From NCBI RefSeq assembly GCF_009914755.1, contig NC_060927.1: a stretch of 64,000 nt of DNA; one strand, given 5' to 3'. Source of the stretch: the human T2T-CHM13v2.0 reference genome, Homo sapiens. Position 1 is the first letter of the stretch. Every line of letters begins with the position of its first letter. Position numbers and translations under genes: made by a program. Below the pieces are notes generated by a model. That model was not told the origin of the DNA. It did not search any database and was given only the letters and a program-made list of their open reading frames with translations. Shown here piece after piece: positions 41,528 to 54,375 of the stretch.

Positions 41528-42585
41528 TCATTTGTTTCATTTTTTCAATTGAGAAATAATTTACAACCTCAAAATTTTTCTTTAAAGGTAGCTCCTGGAT
41601 CAAAAATTTATAACATTTTAACTTTTAGTTTTTGAGATTCTTTTTTAAAGTCCTTTATTTTGTCTACTCTTATACTAAGATTTTATAAACTCACCTTGAA
41701 TAAACTGCTTCTGTTGTCGTTAGCTTTTCTTCTCCATCCAGCTCCTCCCACTCTTATTTTTTCCTGAAGATTTGGAACCTATCTGAAATGAGGAATTTTT
41801 AAATTTAAGAGTTAAAGTACCAGACCAGTAATGTTATAGCAATAAAGAAATATTTAAAACCATCACCACAGTCCAATACAAACACTAGAATAACTTAAAT
41901 AAATTGAATGTTAAAATTAAAAGTGGTCAGCTTCTGTAAGGAAAGCAGGAATTCTGCTGTCGATATCTTAGATGTCAATATCTTCTCATCAATAGCATAT
42001 TAAAGAACATTTTAGTGACTTATCAAACTGCACGTATTTTAAATTGTAAACAGAAAATCAAAATACATTCTCATACCTTAATTTTGATAAGCAAAATCTT
42101 TGTCATTGTTTTGTTTGCTTGCTTAAAACACCAAATCCTATAAGCCATCTGATCATTATATCAGTTTATGCATTGTATGTTGCATGTTTAATACAAAGTT
42201 TGGAAGACTAGAAATACTCCACTAAGCAAGCAAACAGTAATTACTCCTTTATAATTACTGTGCAACTTTATTGCCATGTGTTGTTATAATTATATTTTAA
42301 ATACTCCCCATTTGCATCATAGACCATAATGTCTTCTAGCACATTAAAGTCTGTGGCTTATAATGGCATCCCACTTCCACAAAGACCTCTTCTTCATTTA
42401 GTCTCTATTTTAACTACTGTTAAAAGAGACTAAATGAAAGTAATTGGCACCATAATCCTACAGTAAGGAAATTGTAAGCAATATACTATTTCTGTGCTAC
42501 TGAAGTCTCTAATTATTCAGAGTATTTCATGTTTAACATTTAATATGCATTCCTCTTTCAGTTATGGAGCCAGTCATAACCAAAA

Positions 42586-42752
42586 CAGTTCTTCTCAAAT
42601 CTTAACATACACAGAAATCACCTGGGGATCTGGTTAAAATATAGATTTTGATATAGTTGGTCTGGAAACGGGCCCAAGAGTCTACATTTCTAACAAGCTC
42701 CCAGGTGATGAGTCCAGTGCTGCTGGGTTCATTGACCTTACTGTGAGTAACA
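42586..42752. mobile_element. MER5-family hAT-Charlie MITE
   Basis: AATCACCTGGGGATCTGGTTAAAAT...CATTTCTAACAAGCTCCCAGGTGATG. Confidence 0.82.
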
Positions 42753-43116
42753 TCACTTTCATGTATTATCTATAACTAAGTGCAAAATGCTGTTAAGTGT
42801 GCACACACACATACACATTGCACACATACATACACACGGCAAACTTCACTCCAACCTCTCCTATGATCAGTTTCTACCCTCAGACCTAGAAATAAATTAA
42901 TCCTGTCAAAGGATTTATTTAACACAAAGAGAAACAGCATTCAACCTGTGAAAGCTGGCCAAATACACACTAGATAATATCACTCTGAGCTGGGAGTCAA
43001 AGAGGGCTTCCTTGTCATTTGCCAGATGGAGGGGTGTGTGTGTGCATGTGTGGTGGGGGCAGTTCGGAAAAGAAATTCCAGGCAGGGAGGAACTGCCCTT
43101 AGAAGTGACGAGAGTG

Positions 43117-43303
43117 AAATTAGCTAAGTGTGGCGGCGTGTGCCTATAGTCCCAGATACTCAGGAGGATGAGGCAGGAGAATCACTTGAACCCAGGAGGC
43201 GCAGGCTGAAGTGAGCTGAGATCCAAGATCAAGCCACTGCACTCCAGCCTGGGAGACAGAGCAAGTCTCTGTCTCAAAAAAGAAAAAAGAAAAAAAAAAA
43301 AAA
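43117..43303 (+). mobile_element. AluS right arm only (5'-truncated insertion)
   Basis: Starts at AAATTAGC and ends in an A-tail; TSD GAAGTGAC(G)AGAGTG at 43102-43116 and 43305-43318. Confidence 0.92.
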
Positions 43304-43599
43304 GGAAGTGACAGAGTGTAAACTATTCAGGGATGGAAGGATACTAATAAAGATATGATGAAGGGGAAAAATTCTTATTTTCTAATCAAAGAATTTGGAT
43401 TTTATCTTAAAGGTATTTAGGAATTACCTAAGAACAAGACGATTATGTGAATTTTAGTTCACCTATTCTACTAATGTTTTCTCTGCCACTCTCAATGAAA
43501 TATTTCTCTTTAGGAAATTAATCTGAATTTGACTCCTGAAATTTAAGGATAATATGGAAATATATTCATTGTTTTTGAAATAGCACATTTGAAAATGTA

Positions 43600-43810
43600 C
43601 TTGGACACAGGAAGGGGAACATCAAACACCGGAGCCTGTTGTGGGGTGGGGGGAGAGGGGGAGGGATAGCATTAGGAGATACACCTAATGTAAATGACGA
43701 GTTAATGGGTGCAGCACACCAACATGGCACATGTATACATATGTATACATATGTAACAAACCTGCACATTGTGCACATGTACCCTAGAACTTAAAGTATA
43801 ATAATAAAAA
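43600..43810 (+). mobile_element. Young L1PA (PA3-5-like) 3' terminal ~210 bp
   Basis: CTTGGACACAGGAAGGGGAACATC...GATAGCATTAGGAGAT...GTACCCTAGAACTTAAAGTATAATAATAAAAA; TSD GAAAATGTA at 43591-43599 and 43811-43819. Confidence 0.95.
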
Positions 43811-45149
43811 GAAAATGTATTTCTGGAATTTTTTTAAATGTATCTAGTAAAACATTGTGGCTGTATCTGTCTTCCATTATAATCATCTTAAAATTAACAG
43901 TATATAATCATCTTAAAATTAATAGAATCAGATGTTTTAACTTAGCAATGTCAGTAAATATAAATAGGTCATTATCAATATTCATAGCCTAACTGCTTAT
44001 ACAGATCCCCCAAATATCAGGGTGGCTAAATTTTTAGACCTTTAAAAAAATTGTAAAATTTATGAAGACAGTGCACAAAGAGATCTTAGTTGAAAGCTAA
44101 GAAAATCTCACCCTATGACTTTTAAATTTTCTCTTAGTGTTAAAAACAACTATTTGAAAGTTCTCTTTACAATAAGGGAAAATGTTAAGGTAGGCTTAAA
44201 ATCCAGAATCTCATACTCTTTATATATTTGATCCTTGGCAATCTAGAACATTGTTATTTGGTAATATTTGTTTAAGGGATACCTCTGCTAAATGTTTTTA
44301 TGCCAGTCGGTAGAAGAAATATTAGTGTAAATAACTCATTTAGAGAATTTTATTTTATTTATTTAATACAAATGTTTAAATAAGGGAATTGGGAAAGACC
44401 TGCCTTTTTGGAATGTAATTATAGATACGTAATTGTTTTAGGGAGAGGTAACAAAAGGTAGAGATGGTCTCTTTTAATGAGGAAAGATTTTCTGGAACTT
44501 AGCTTTAGCAACAGTAATTATTTAACATTTTAATATGGGATCTGGAAAAGGGAAACCCCAGTGAAATCTATTACTATGTAGATGGCTCAATAGTTTTTCT
44601 AGTAGTAAAATACAACCCTGATGGATTTAAACTGCCAGCAGAACTTTTGCAATTGAGTGGCAAGGTAATAGTAATAGTACTAATGATCAGAAACAACAGC
44701 AAAGGAACAGAGAGCATTCATCATAGGCAATTGGAGGTTAACGCAGATAATAATAACATAACATGCATCATACCTAGGAGATAATGAAAGCCAAATTCTG
44801 GCAATGACTCAGGAAAGGGACCTAGTGCTGTAGTGGCCAGATGACCCAATGACAAGCTATAGCAAACAAGAACCATTTTAGAAACACAGATCTTTTCCAT
44901 CAACACATCTTTTTGTTGTTGTTGTTGTTGAAGATAGTTGCAAGTTCTGTATGTTGACGAAGCCTCTATGGAGTTAAAATGGAACAGAACTGATGAAAAT
45001 AAAGCTTAAACGTTCCAAACTCTCTGACACTGACACATGACCGGGTTTCACAGTTGGGAACTGGGAAGTGGCTGACAGAGATTCTAATCAGTAATAATCT
45101 TTGCAGCAAACAGATTCAGTATTTATTTAGATATAATACATTCTTTAAA

Positions 45150-45620
45150 AAAAACTTTCACAATAGCTCTATGAAGTATTTAACATTATTTCCCCATTTT
45201 ATACATAAGAAAAATAGTCACAGAAATGTAAAAGAAAGGAAGGAAGGAAGGGAAGGGAAGGGAAGGGAAGGGAAAGGGAAGGGGAAGGGGAAGAGAAGGA
45301 GGGAGGGAGGAAGGAGGGAAGGAAGGAGGAAGAGAGAGAGAGGAAGGAAGGAAGAGAGAGAGAGGAAGGAGGGAAGGAAGGAAGAAAGGAAGGAAGGGAG
45401 GGAGGGAGGAAGGAAGGAAGGGAAGGGAAAGGAAGGGGAAGGGGAAGGAGAAGGAGGGAGGGGAGGAAGGAGGGAAGGAAGGAAGGAAGAGAGAGACGAA
45501 GGAAGGAAGAAAGGAAGGGAGGGAGGGAGGGAGGAAGGAAGGAAGGAAGGAAGGAAGGAAATTTGCCTAGTATTTTGTAGCTAGCAAGTAAGGGAGCCAG
45601 ACTTCAAACCCAGGAAGCTG
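45150..45620 (-). mobile_element. MIR split by the purine tract
   Basis: CCCCATTTTATACATAAGAAAA before the tract and ATTTGCCTAG..GCTAGCAAGT..GAGCCAGACTTCAAACCCAGG after it are colinear MIR core pieces. Confidence 0.65.
45230..45561. repeat. Polypurine (GGAA/GGGA/GGGAA)n tract
   Basis: ~332 nt of purines with a single C (45497). Confidence 0.97.
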
Positions 45621-46579
45621 GCACCCTTAACAATTAAGTGCCCCCAAAGTATGTGTTAAAGCCTATGGAAATATGAGCCTATAGAAACTACCTAAAGAGA
45701 AGTCATACTCTAGACTATTAGAACCAGGGACTATCCTATAAACCTTATAAGAACCATTGTTAGGGGACCATAAACAACCCTGCTTCAAAGAGTAGAAATA
45801 TGTTTCATAAAAGCCATTACCCAAAGACGTATAAAAGGTAAAACTTAAATAAAAATAGATTACCATTTACAACTTGGAAAAGAAACCCAGAATTTTCTGT
45901 AGCCACTGGTCAATGTGTTCTTACAGCCGTAAGGCAGAATAAAAATCTGGAAATTATCAGAGAAGGTTTTAAGAACAAAATAAGCAAGTTGGTCTCTTTT
46001 TAAATATAAATCTGACATTAACAGAAGCCTTATGATATTAAGGGAAAACTGGTATGGGAACTAAGGAAGGGAGTGAAAACATGCTCCTCACCTATGAATT
46101 AGACATCCAAGAGGACAATCAAGTTCGATCTCATGCCATATTGGGTCACTGATGGCCCATCATGCATGGACTGTAGGACTCACAAATAAATCTGGACACA
46201 AAAGTTCTTATGTATGGGCCAATTCTGCTTATATGGACACAGTGCAAACAGGTACGACAAGATATTTTCTTCCTCAAGGATGATACCTAGCAGATAAAGA
46301 CTGATTTCTAATTCAGTATTGTTACAACTGCAGGTGTGTGACCCGTAGCGAGCCACTAAACCATTCTGAATCTCACTTCCTTCACTGGTAAAATAGGGAA
46401 AAATATTAGTTGTCTCATAGAGTTGTAGTAAAGATTAAATGAATGATCTATGTAAAATGGAAGTGCTTGATAAACTTTAGTCTATTATTAACACCAAATA
46501 CTAAAAAAAAAAAAAAAAAAAAAATTCCTCTTCTTGGATAACATTCCTTGGTTAAAAAAAGACTATATTTGAGTAGAAA

Positions 46580-46745
46580 GAAGCTTCTGACTGTTAAGGG
46601 TGATGGATATGTTCATTATCTTGACAATGGTGATGGTCACATAGGCATATGCATATATCAACACTGACAAATTGTATATTGGGAATATGTACAGTTTATT
46701 TTATGTCAGTTGACTCAATAAAGCTGTTAAAAACAAACAACAAAA
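46580..46745 (+). mobile_element. Ancient L1 (MC/ME-like) 3' end
   Basis: GGGTGATGGATATGTTCATTATCTTGA...GGTGATGG...CTCAATAAAGCTGTTAAAAA. Confidence 0.72.
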
Positions 46746-47703
46746 ACTTACCTGTGGGTGTAATGTGTGTGTCTGTGAATGTAGTTGCTAGGAAAATTTC
46801 TTACCTAACAGAGGCACACAAAGCTGCCATCCCTCCTCACAAGAAATTGGAACCAGTTTCTTTACAGCAAGAAATGTAAGGTGCTTCTAGATTTACCTTT
46901 TGTGAGAAATTTGTACCACTGACAGTGATGAACTCATATGTCAGCATGACCATCCCATTTTAATACCTGTATGTACCTGAATCTTTAAAATGGCAAGAGA
47001 GAAAATATAGAGCAGGATGAGTTTACATGTGATATAAATACATAGTTTTGGAATCTCACAGGAAATTATGTTACTCAGAGAATATTGGGATGCAATGATT
47101 GCATTTAGCATTTAGGTTTTTCATCTGGAATCAGAATTTACAGTACTTATAACATAAAGAATTAGGAATCAGAATTTACAGTACTTCTAACATAAAGGCA
47201 GTGACTATCTACAGATATTCCATGATGCAGTCTCTCTTGTGTGATTTTCCTGGCTTCACCCAAGTCACTGAAGTCAGAGGCTCATCAGAGCAGTCAGTGT
47301 GAAAAACCACTTGTGTTCAGTGAGGCAATGATATTTATTGAATGCTCTCTCTATACAGAACTGTGTGCTCTGTATAGGGCAGAAATGACATTTTGTTTCT
47401 TATTTCTCTTGGTCAATGGTGACCCCTGTCTCTTTGAGTCATTCCCTCCAGTACTGATAAACAGAGTTGCTGCTAATAGTGAGCTAAAAGGATTTGACAA
47501 AATATGACTCCCCCTTAGAGCCAAATGATTTTCAAATATTTATTTTTAGGTACCTGTTTGATTGTACTCTTTTTCCACTGTTGATTTTGGAAACAATTTT
47601 GAAATTCTCATTAATTCCTTAAAAATGTTTAACTTTACCCAGATAAGTAAATGCAAGGAATCTAGCTGGGGTGGGAATGGGGGAGAATGGGTGTTGGGGA
47701 AGT

Positions 47704-48230
47704 TGTCAGTTATCTATTAAGACAATAATGCCACATATCAATTGTAACATCTTAGTGGCATGAAACAATAAAGATTTCTTTAGCTTACACATTGGTGTGG
47801 TGGGCTCAGTTTATATCACCTAGGCTTATATATTTTTTTCTGTTGTGAACTGCAAGTTAACTCTGTACCACTACCGATCTTGGATGTGCGGGTTCACATG
47901 TCTGGGTGGTGGCTGGCATTGGATGATCTAGTATGGCCTTGGCTGGAATGTTAGCATGTTAAGGATGACGTACCTTTATTCGCATCTCATCCTCCAGCAG
48001 GCTAACCTGGGCATGTTCACATATCCATGCAGAGGAGCAAAAGAAGCAACTCTCAATACTTAAACCCATTTCAAGCTCCTGGTCATGTCTCATTTGCTAA
48101 CATCCCATTGGCCAAAGCAATCACATGGGGTCAGACCTAGAGTCAGAATGAGAGGGCTCCACAATATTATATAGCAAGAGGCAAGGACACAGGAATTGGT
48201 CAAGAATTAGGGCCTTTAGTATCATTAATC
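47704..48230 (-). mobile_element. Old MLT1 (G/H-like) LTR
   Basis: TGTCAGTTATCTATT, CTCATCCTCCAGCAGGCTAACCTGGGCATGTTCACAT, CATCCCATTGGCCAAAGCAATCACATGG. Confidence 0.72.
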
Positions 48231-51200
48231 TTTAGTAAAACATACTTTTCCTAATGAGTAACAGTTGTGCAGGGTGGTCATTTTGGTTTTCAGACTGTAA
48301 ACTGACAAATTAATATTTGGTTAATTCAAGCAGATAAACTAAGAAATTAACCTTCCCAGCCATATTAATGTATTAAAAAAGTTTGTCAGGCCACTTTGGC
48401 TTTCATTTTATTCATTCATTTAAAAATATATTTATTGTGATAACAAGCAGCAATTTTCCAGTCAAGCAGGGATGTGAAGGAGAACATCAGTTCTCAAAGA
48501 ATAATTTTGCCCTGTTGGGTTTTAAAAGATTGTCATTTTCCAATGTAATTGTTGGAAGAGAAGTTCAGACATCAGTTTTGGTCACTTTCTCTTGGGAAAT
48601 ACATTTACCTGAGTCATGTAGGACCACATCAAGCAATCTGGGACTCACAAGTTATAGCCATATCCTTTGGCTATATTTTTATCATGTGGGTTCACTTAAC
48701 ATTATAATAATTGTTCTCCCTGGGATTCTGACTAGATTTTACTGGAAAATTGGAGTGAAGAGTGTTGGGTGGAGCATCAGCTTCTAGCCATTTAGAAATT
48801 ACAGGGGACTAATTTTTTAAAAGCTAATTTGATTGCAGTTAGCAAAATGTCTCTCTTTTGAGAAAGAAGCTCCTAATCATCTTTCCAAAATTGAATCCTT
48901 CAGTTTCTACAGTGCAAACACGGTTGCTTTGAGGAAGAAATATTTATCCACATATAAATACCGATTATGAACACGTTTCTGACATTACTGGAAGGGTCGG
49001 TGCTTGCCTCTTTACTTCTAAAACAAATTCACATTCTGCTTCAACTGATTATTTTTTCAACAATATTTGTTATATTCTTTTATGATCTGCCAGTACTTTT
49101 TTGAAGCCCAGTTAGTTAGAACAGCGGCCAACAGAGCTGAGACTAAAAGGGGGCCAAATATCTCTTCAGAAGCAAGATGTTACTTCAAAAGATACTCATT
49201 ACAAAGCACTACTGTGACTCACATAATCACTTAGTTTTTAAGGGGGAGTTGTTAATGTAGAATTGGTTTCTTATCTTCCCAGCCCCCAGTGAGCCTTTGC
49301 TGTGCAAATTCGCTGATGGAGGACAAAAGAAGCGACAGAATCAAAGCAAATATACCCAGAATGGGAGGCCTTGGCCCAGGGAAGGAGAGGTGAGTCCTGA
49401 CTGATAACATTTGCTCTGAAATTTGGCAGTAGATATCCCTCAGAAGGTGGCAAGGCAGACGTATGGTGCCATGATGAAATTGGGTCCCATGGAACACCCA
49501 ATGTCTTCAAAGGGGCAAATGAGCAGACCCATGTTAATGTGTTCTAGATGAAATTATTGAGGAGTAGAGGATTTCAAATTTAACCTCAGTTCTGCACTAC
49601 AGCAAGTCTTCTGTCTTTAACCAAACTCAAACCTGAAAGGAACTCACTGAAATACTTATCTACAAAGAATTGATTTCTATTTGTGTAATAGCTATAAAAT
49701 GAGGGTATAATTACTTAACAAAATATTTTCAGTGAAATCAATAGGGAAAGTTGAATGTTTGTGTTTTGAAACAGGCAGACAAAATTTGGCTGTTTTTCAT
49801 TCTGTTATTGAGATGATTTACTTGCACATGTATGTATATTTATGCATATTCCCATATGTTCATAAATGTTTTGATATCTGTTTATATATGTATATACACA
49901 CACACACACACATATATAAAATAAGATATTGTCTTGGTCAAAAAAGAGGGAGAAAAGTTGATACATACAGCATTTTGCTTTTCACAAGGAGAAGGAAAAG
50001 CACTGAACAGCTCACTATCCATTTACCCTCAATACAAACTGGTAAAAAAGCCAGTTTATGGATCCAGTGCCACTTAGGAATGGGTTCTTTTTGTTACTTT
50101 TTTGTAAGAAGACAAGGAAAAGGTGACTGAGCTTCCATGAGGTCTTTTCATTATTTGTGAAATGGAATAGAGTTGTTTGAATGACTTGAAAAAATGCTAT
50201 TTTGTACCAAGGCCATACTTTCAAGAGAAGAGCTTTATTTAGTATTTCATTCAAAGCACCTACTTCATCCATTTATCATTTAAGAAGCATTGTACTTGAT
50301 GTAGCATTTTACACTTTCAATACTGACAGAACAGTGGTAAAGAAGAAAGGAAGCTGGAATTTTTCTCAGCAAATCCTTTAGCCTTTTTTCAGTTTCTGTT
50401 TCTAAGACCATTGTTTGCTTTGAGTGTTTCCATGCAGGTCTCAAAACCCCTCTTAAAGGTTATAGTTATGTTCAAGTACTATATAAACTGTAACTCATTA
50501 CATTAAGACATGAAAAACAGAATCATCACTGAGCATCAAAAGCTAATAAAAAAGATAAAGAGTTTTAATATTCTCAACTTTAGAAAGGCAGTGGGTATTA
50601 CGTTCTAAAAAGGAGGTGGAGGGGGTGATCCATGTGTTTTTAGCATGGAGTCCAGTGCATCAGCAGATAACCCTATTGGCCTCAGAAGACAACTGATGCC
50701 TGATAGCACTCATTATCACATGTCCCCTACCAAACACCCATTATCTAAAAAGACTCATTTGACATTTTAAAATTTGGTTGGATAAAATGCCTGCTGATTA
50801 GAGATATCTTTGGGTCACAGACTATCATCACAAAGCCCCAAGACTCAATTAGCAACTTGGCATTAATGACAGAAGATTCAGTTTCTGTCTCCTTAAGGAA
50901 CTATAATATTACCTTCATACAATAGATGGCAATTGCAGCAAGACACTTCCTCTCACTGTACATTTCTTGAAAATGGAATCAATAAAGACAAAATGTAGAG
51001 AGTTACAGCTGCCACCTGGCTACTGTATATAGAATCTAAGACTTTGCTTCAAAGCATGAAAAATGCTATATGTACTATGATGTGGAAGCACTGTGGAGTT
51101 GAGTTTAGGACCCAGAGCACCTTATAATTTAAACGTAGGTTTTAAAGGTATATTCCTAATCTTTGTTTTCAAAAGTTGATTTTTAAGAGCTATAAATTTT

Positions 51201-51571
51201 CCTGTTGATCTATGAAAATCAAGGGACCATGATAAAATTTATCTGTGACCAATAAAATATATTTCAAATATATATACACATTGAGAGAAGATAGATTAGG
51301 CAGAGAGATAGCATGCCCTAGAAATATGCTTATCAAATTTTTTGGTTTGGGGATGCACATATTAATTTGTACACTTTGATTGTGGTCTTAGAAGTAAATA
51401 CCCAAAGAATGTTGGATAACTGTGTGCCCATCACTTTATATTTTTTGCTTCCATTTCCCCCTTGCATTTTACTTGCTAAAGTATATTAGCAAGTTGATAA
51501 AGTTGTCATGATACACATTAATCCTATATAAGCAATATTTAATTAATTTTATATGCCAGGAAATTCTGGTT

Positions 51572-51675
51572 ACTGTATTTGATTCTAAGACACATGTTTT
51601 TGTTGTTGCTGTTTTCCACACTTTAAAGCTTCTGAAATTGGTTCTCTTAGACTAAGTGGTATTTTACAAGATAAT
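51572..51675. mobile_element. MER104/Kanga-like Tc2 DNA transposon remnant
   Basis: CTGTATTTGATTCTAAGACACAT...TCTGAAATTGG. Confidence 0.45.
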
Positions 51676-52575
51676 ATGCATTTTCTCCTGTTAATCACTT
51701 GAGGGCACTACCTACATTGTCGGGTTAAGGTCTTTGACCACACTGGTTTCATAAATAAAAGCACTAACCAAAGCCAGGATCTGGGTCAGATTCTTAAGGG
51801 AGGGTTTTTTGTTTGTTTGTTTGTTTGTTTGACCCCTTCCTTCATTCAGTGTCATGACTGAGACAAGTAACTTTCTTTGGTGTCTGTTTTTAATGTGTAG
51901 TTTTGTTTTTCATTTACCATTATACTAAGGTTGGCAAACCAACTTTATAAAGAGATCATTTGGGGTGTTTGTTTTTGCTTGTTTGTTTGTTTTGATATAT
52001 GAAACAATGGTACACCTTTGAATCCTTTTCTTAGATAAAATGAAAGATGGTAGTTTAGATTATGCTGCTGTGGAATTGAAGATAATAGCACAGACTGAGG
52101 CTAATGTTTACTTTTCCTCTCTCCTAAAAGATGAGTAAAAATGGTCATGTGAAAGGGATTTCTGACGAAATTCTTAGGATACAAAACCAATAGATTACAA
52201 GTATTTTAGAAGTACCATGCGCATGCCAATTGATAGACTAATTAAAATTTTAATTTACTGTTTAAAGCTGTTTTTTCCTCATGGCATTTTGATAAAAATT
52301 TTATTAGCAAAGTTTGGCTAAATGCACTTCTTTATGAAAAAATCTAATACAGAAAACTTCATACACAGAAATTAGTATAAATTAGCAAGATTTTGAAATA
52401 TAAATATATGCTAGTGGCCATGTTCTACATAAGTGAAAAATGCAGGAATATTTTAAAATTATTAACTAATCTTTCAAGAGACAATTGGAACTCTGAATAA
52501 AATGATCGAGGGATGGGGGCTATTAGGCTCTTCTTCCTTGGTGTTCTACAGTTCTTATTGTTTTATTTCCTTAAG

Positions 52576-52971
52576 TAGCTGTTCTCAAACTCTTGGTCTC
52601 TGGATCCCTTTATACTCTTAAAAATTATTACTTACAACAAAATAAATAATAACAGAAATTAACTCATCATGTGCTAATAAAAACAGTATATTTTATTAAA
52701 ATATATTTTTTAAAACAAAGGCAATTTTTTGAGAAAAGTGGTGGACTTTTCTATTTTTACAAATCGCTTTAATGTCTGGCTCAGTAAAAAATGGCCAGAT
52801 TTGTGCATGTACTTCAGCATTCTCTCTTTTTCTATACTCTGTCTTGCTTTAAACATGTAGAGAAAAATCTACCTTCATCTAGATAAGTCATTTAAAAAGG
52901 GAGAACCCTATAGATCTTCTAATACGATCTTAGGAATTCTTGGTCTTCAGGCCACACTTTGAGAACCACTG
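52576..52971 (-). mobile_element. Charlie1b/MER119-like hAT element, internally deleted
   Basis: GTTCTCAAACTCTTGGTCTCTGGATCCCTTTATACTCTTAAAAATTATT ... CCACACTTTGAGAACCACTG; same family as 20588-21103. Confidence 0.75.
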
Positions 52972-53185
52972 TCCTAAAGAAGCTGAAGCCAAGGGCAAGG
53001 CTGATGTTCACTTCCATATACTAGAAGGACCATGCAACTTGTTGGTATATTAAAATATATCTTATCATTTGGTAAATAGACACTGCCCCTAGGCCATCAG
53101 TGCAACTCCACTTCCCCTTCCTCCCCGGTGCCTCCTCCAGGAGCATCATGATCCAGCAAGAATGGGGTACTGGCTGGCACAGCAG

Positions 53186-54375
53186 GATTTTTATACATGA
53201 TGTAAGGGAGGGGTCCAGCTTCAATTTTCTGCATATGGTGAGCCAGTTATCCCAACACCATTTATTGAATAGGGGGTCTTTTCCCCATTGCTTTTGTCAG
53301 TTTTGTTGAAGATCAAATAGTCATAGGTATGCAACCTTGTTTCTGGGCTCTCTATTCTGTTCCGTTGGTCTATGTGCCTATGTGTTTTTGTAGCAGCACC
53401 ATGCTCTTTTGGTTACTATAGCCCCGTGGTATAGTTTGAAGTCAGGTAACATGATGCCTCCAACTTTGTTCTTTCTGCTTAGGATTGCCTTGGCTATTCA
53501 GGCTCTTTTTTTGTTCCATATGAATTTTAAAATAGTTTTTTTCTAGTTCTGTGAATAATGTCATTAGTAGTTTGATAGGAATAGCATTGAAATTGCTTTG
53601 GGCAGTATGACCATTTTAATGATATTGAGTCTTCCTATCCATGAATATGGGATATTTTTCTATCTGTTTGTGTCTTCTGTGATTTCTTTGCATAGTGTTT
53701 TGTAATTCTCATCATAGAGACCTTTCACCTCCCTAGTTAGCTGTATTTCTAGGTATTTTATTCTTTTTGTGGCAATCGTGAATGGGATTGCCTTCCTGAT
53801 TTGGCTCTCGACTTGGCTGCAGTTGGTCTATAGGAATGCTAGTGATTTTTGTACGTTGATTTTGTATCCTGAAACTCTGCTGAGGTTGTTTATCAGCTGA
53901 AGGAGCTTTTGGGCTGAGACTATGGGATTTTTTTAGATGTAGAATCATGTTGTCTGCAAACAGGGATAGTTTGACTTATCTTCCTATTTGGATGCCCTTT
54001 ATTTCTTTCTCTTGCCTGATTGCTCTGGCTAGGACTTCCAATACTGTGTTGAATAGAAGTGTTGAGAGAGGGCATCCTTGTCTGGTACTGGTTTTTGAGA
54101 CGAATGCTTCTGGCTTTTGCCCATTCAGTATGATGTTGACTATGGGTTTTTCATAAATGGCTCTTATTATTTTGAGCTATGTTCCTTCAAAACCTTGTTT
54201 ATTGAGAGTTTTTAAGATGAAGCAATGTTGAAATTTATTGAAATTCTTTTCTGTATCATTTGAGATAATCAAGTGTTTTTTGTCTTTAGTTCTGTTTATG
54301 TGATTAATTGCATTTATTAATTGTCATGTGTTGAACCAACCCTGCATGCCAGTGATGAAGCCTACTTGATCATGG
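53186..54375 (-). mobile_element. Internal L1P (PA13-17/PB-like) ORF2 fragment, both ends missing
   Basis: Antisense RT-region sequence (GGGCATCCTTGTCT, ATCATGTTGTCTGCAAACAGGG = LFADNMI, TATAGTTTGAAGTCAGGT); no 3'UTR or poly(A). Confidence 0.92.

Noticed and set aside
45054-45584. 176-aa R/E/G/K-rich ORF
   Set aside because: Open only because the polypurine tract cannot encode stop codons
32239-53550. Inverted homology between 32239-32600 and 53186-53550
   Set aside because: Explained by two independent related L1P copies covering the same ORF2 interval, not by a twin-priming inversion of one element
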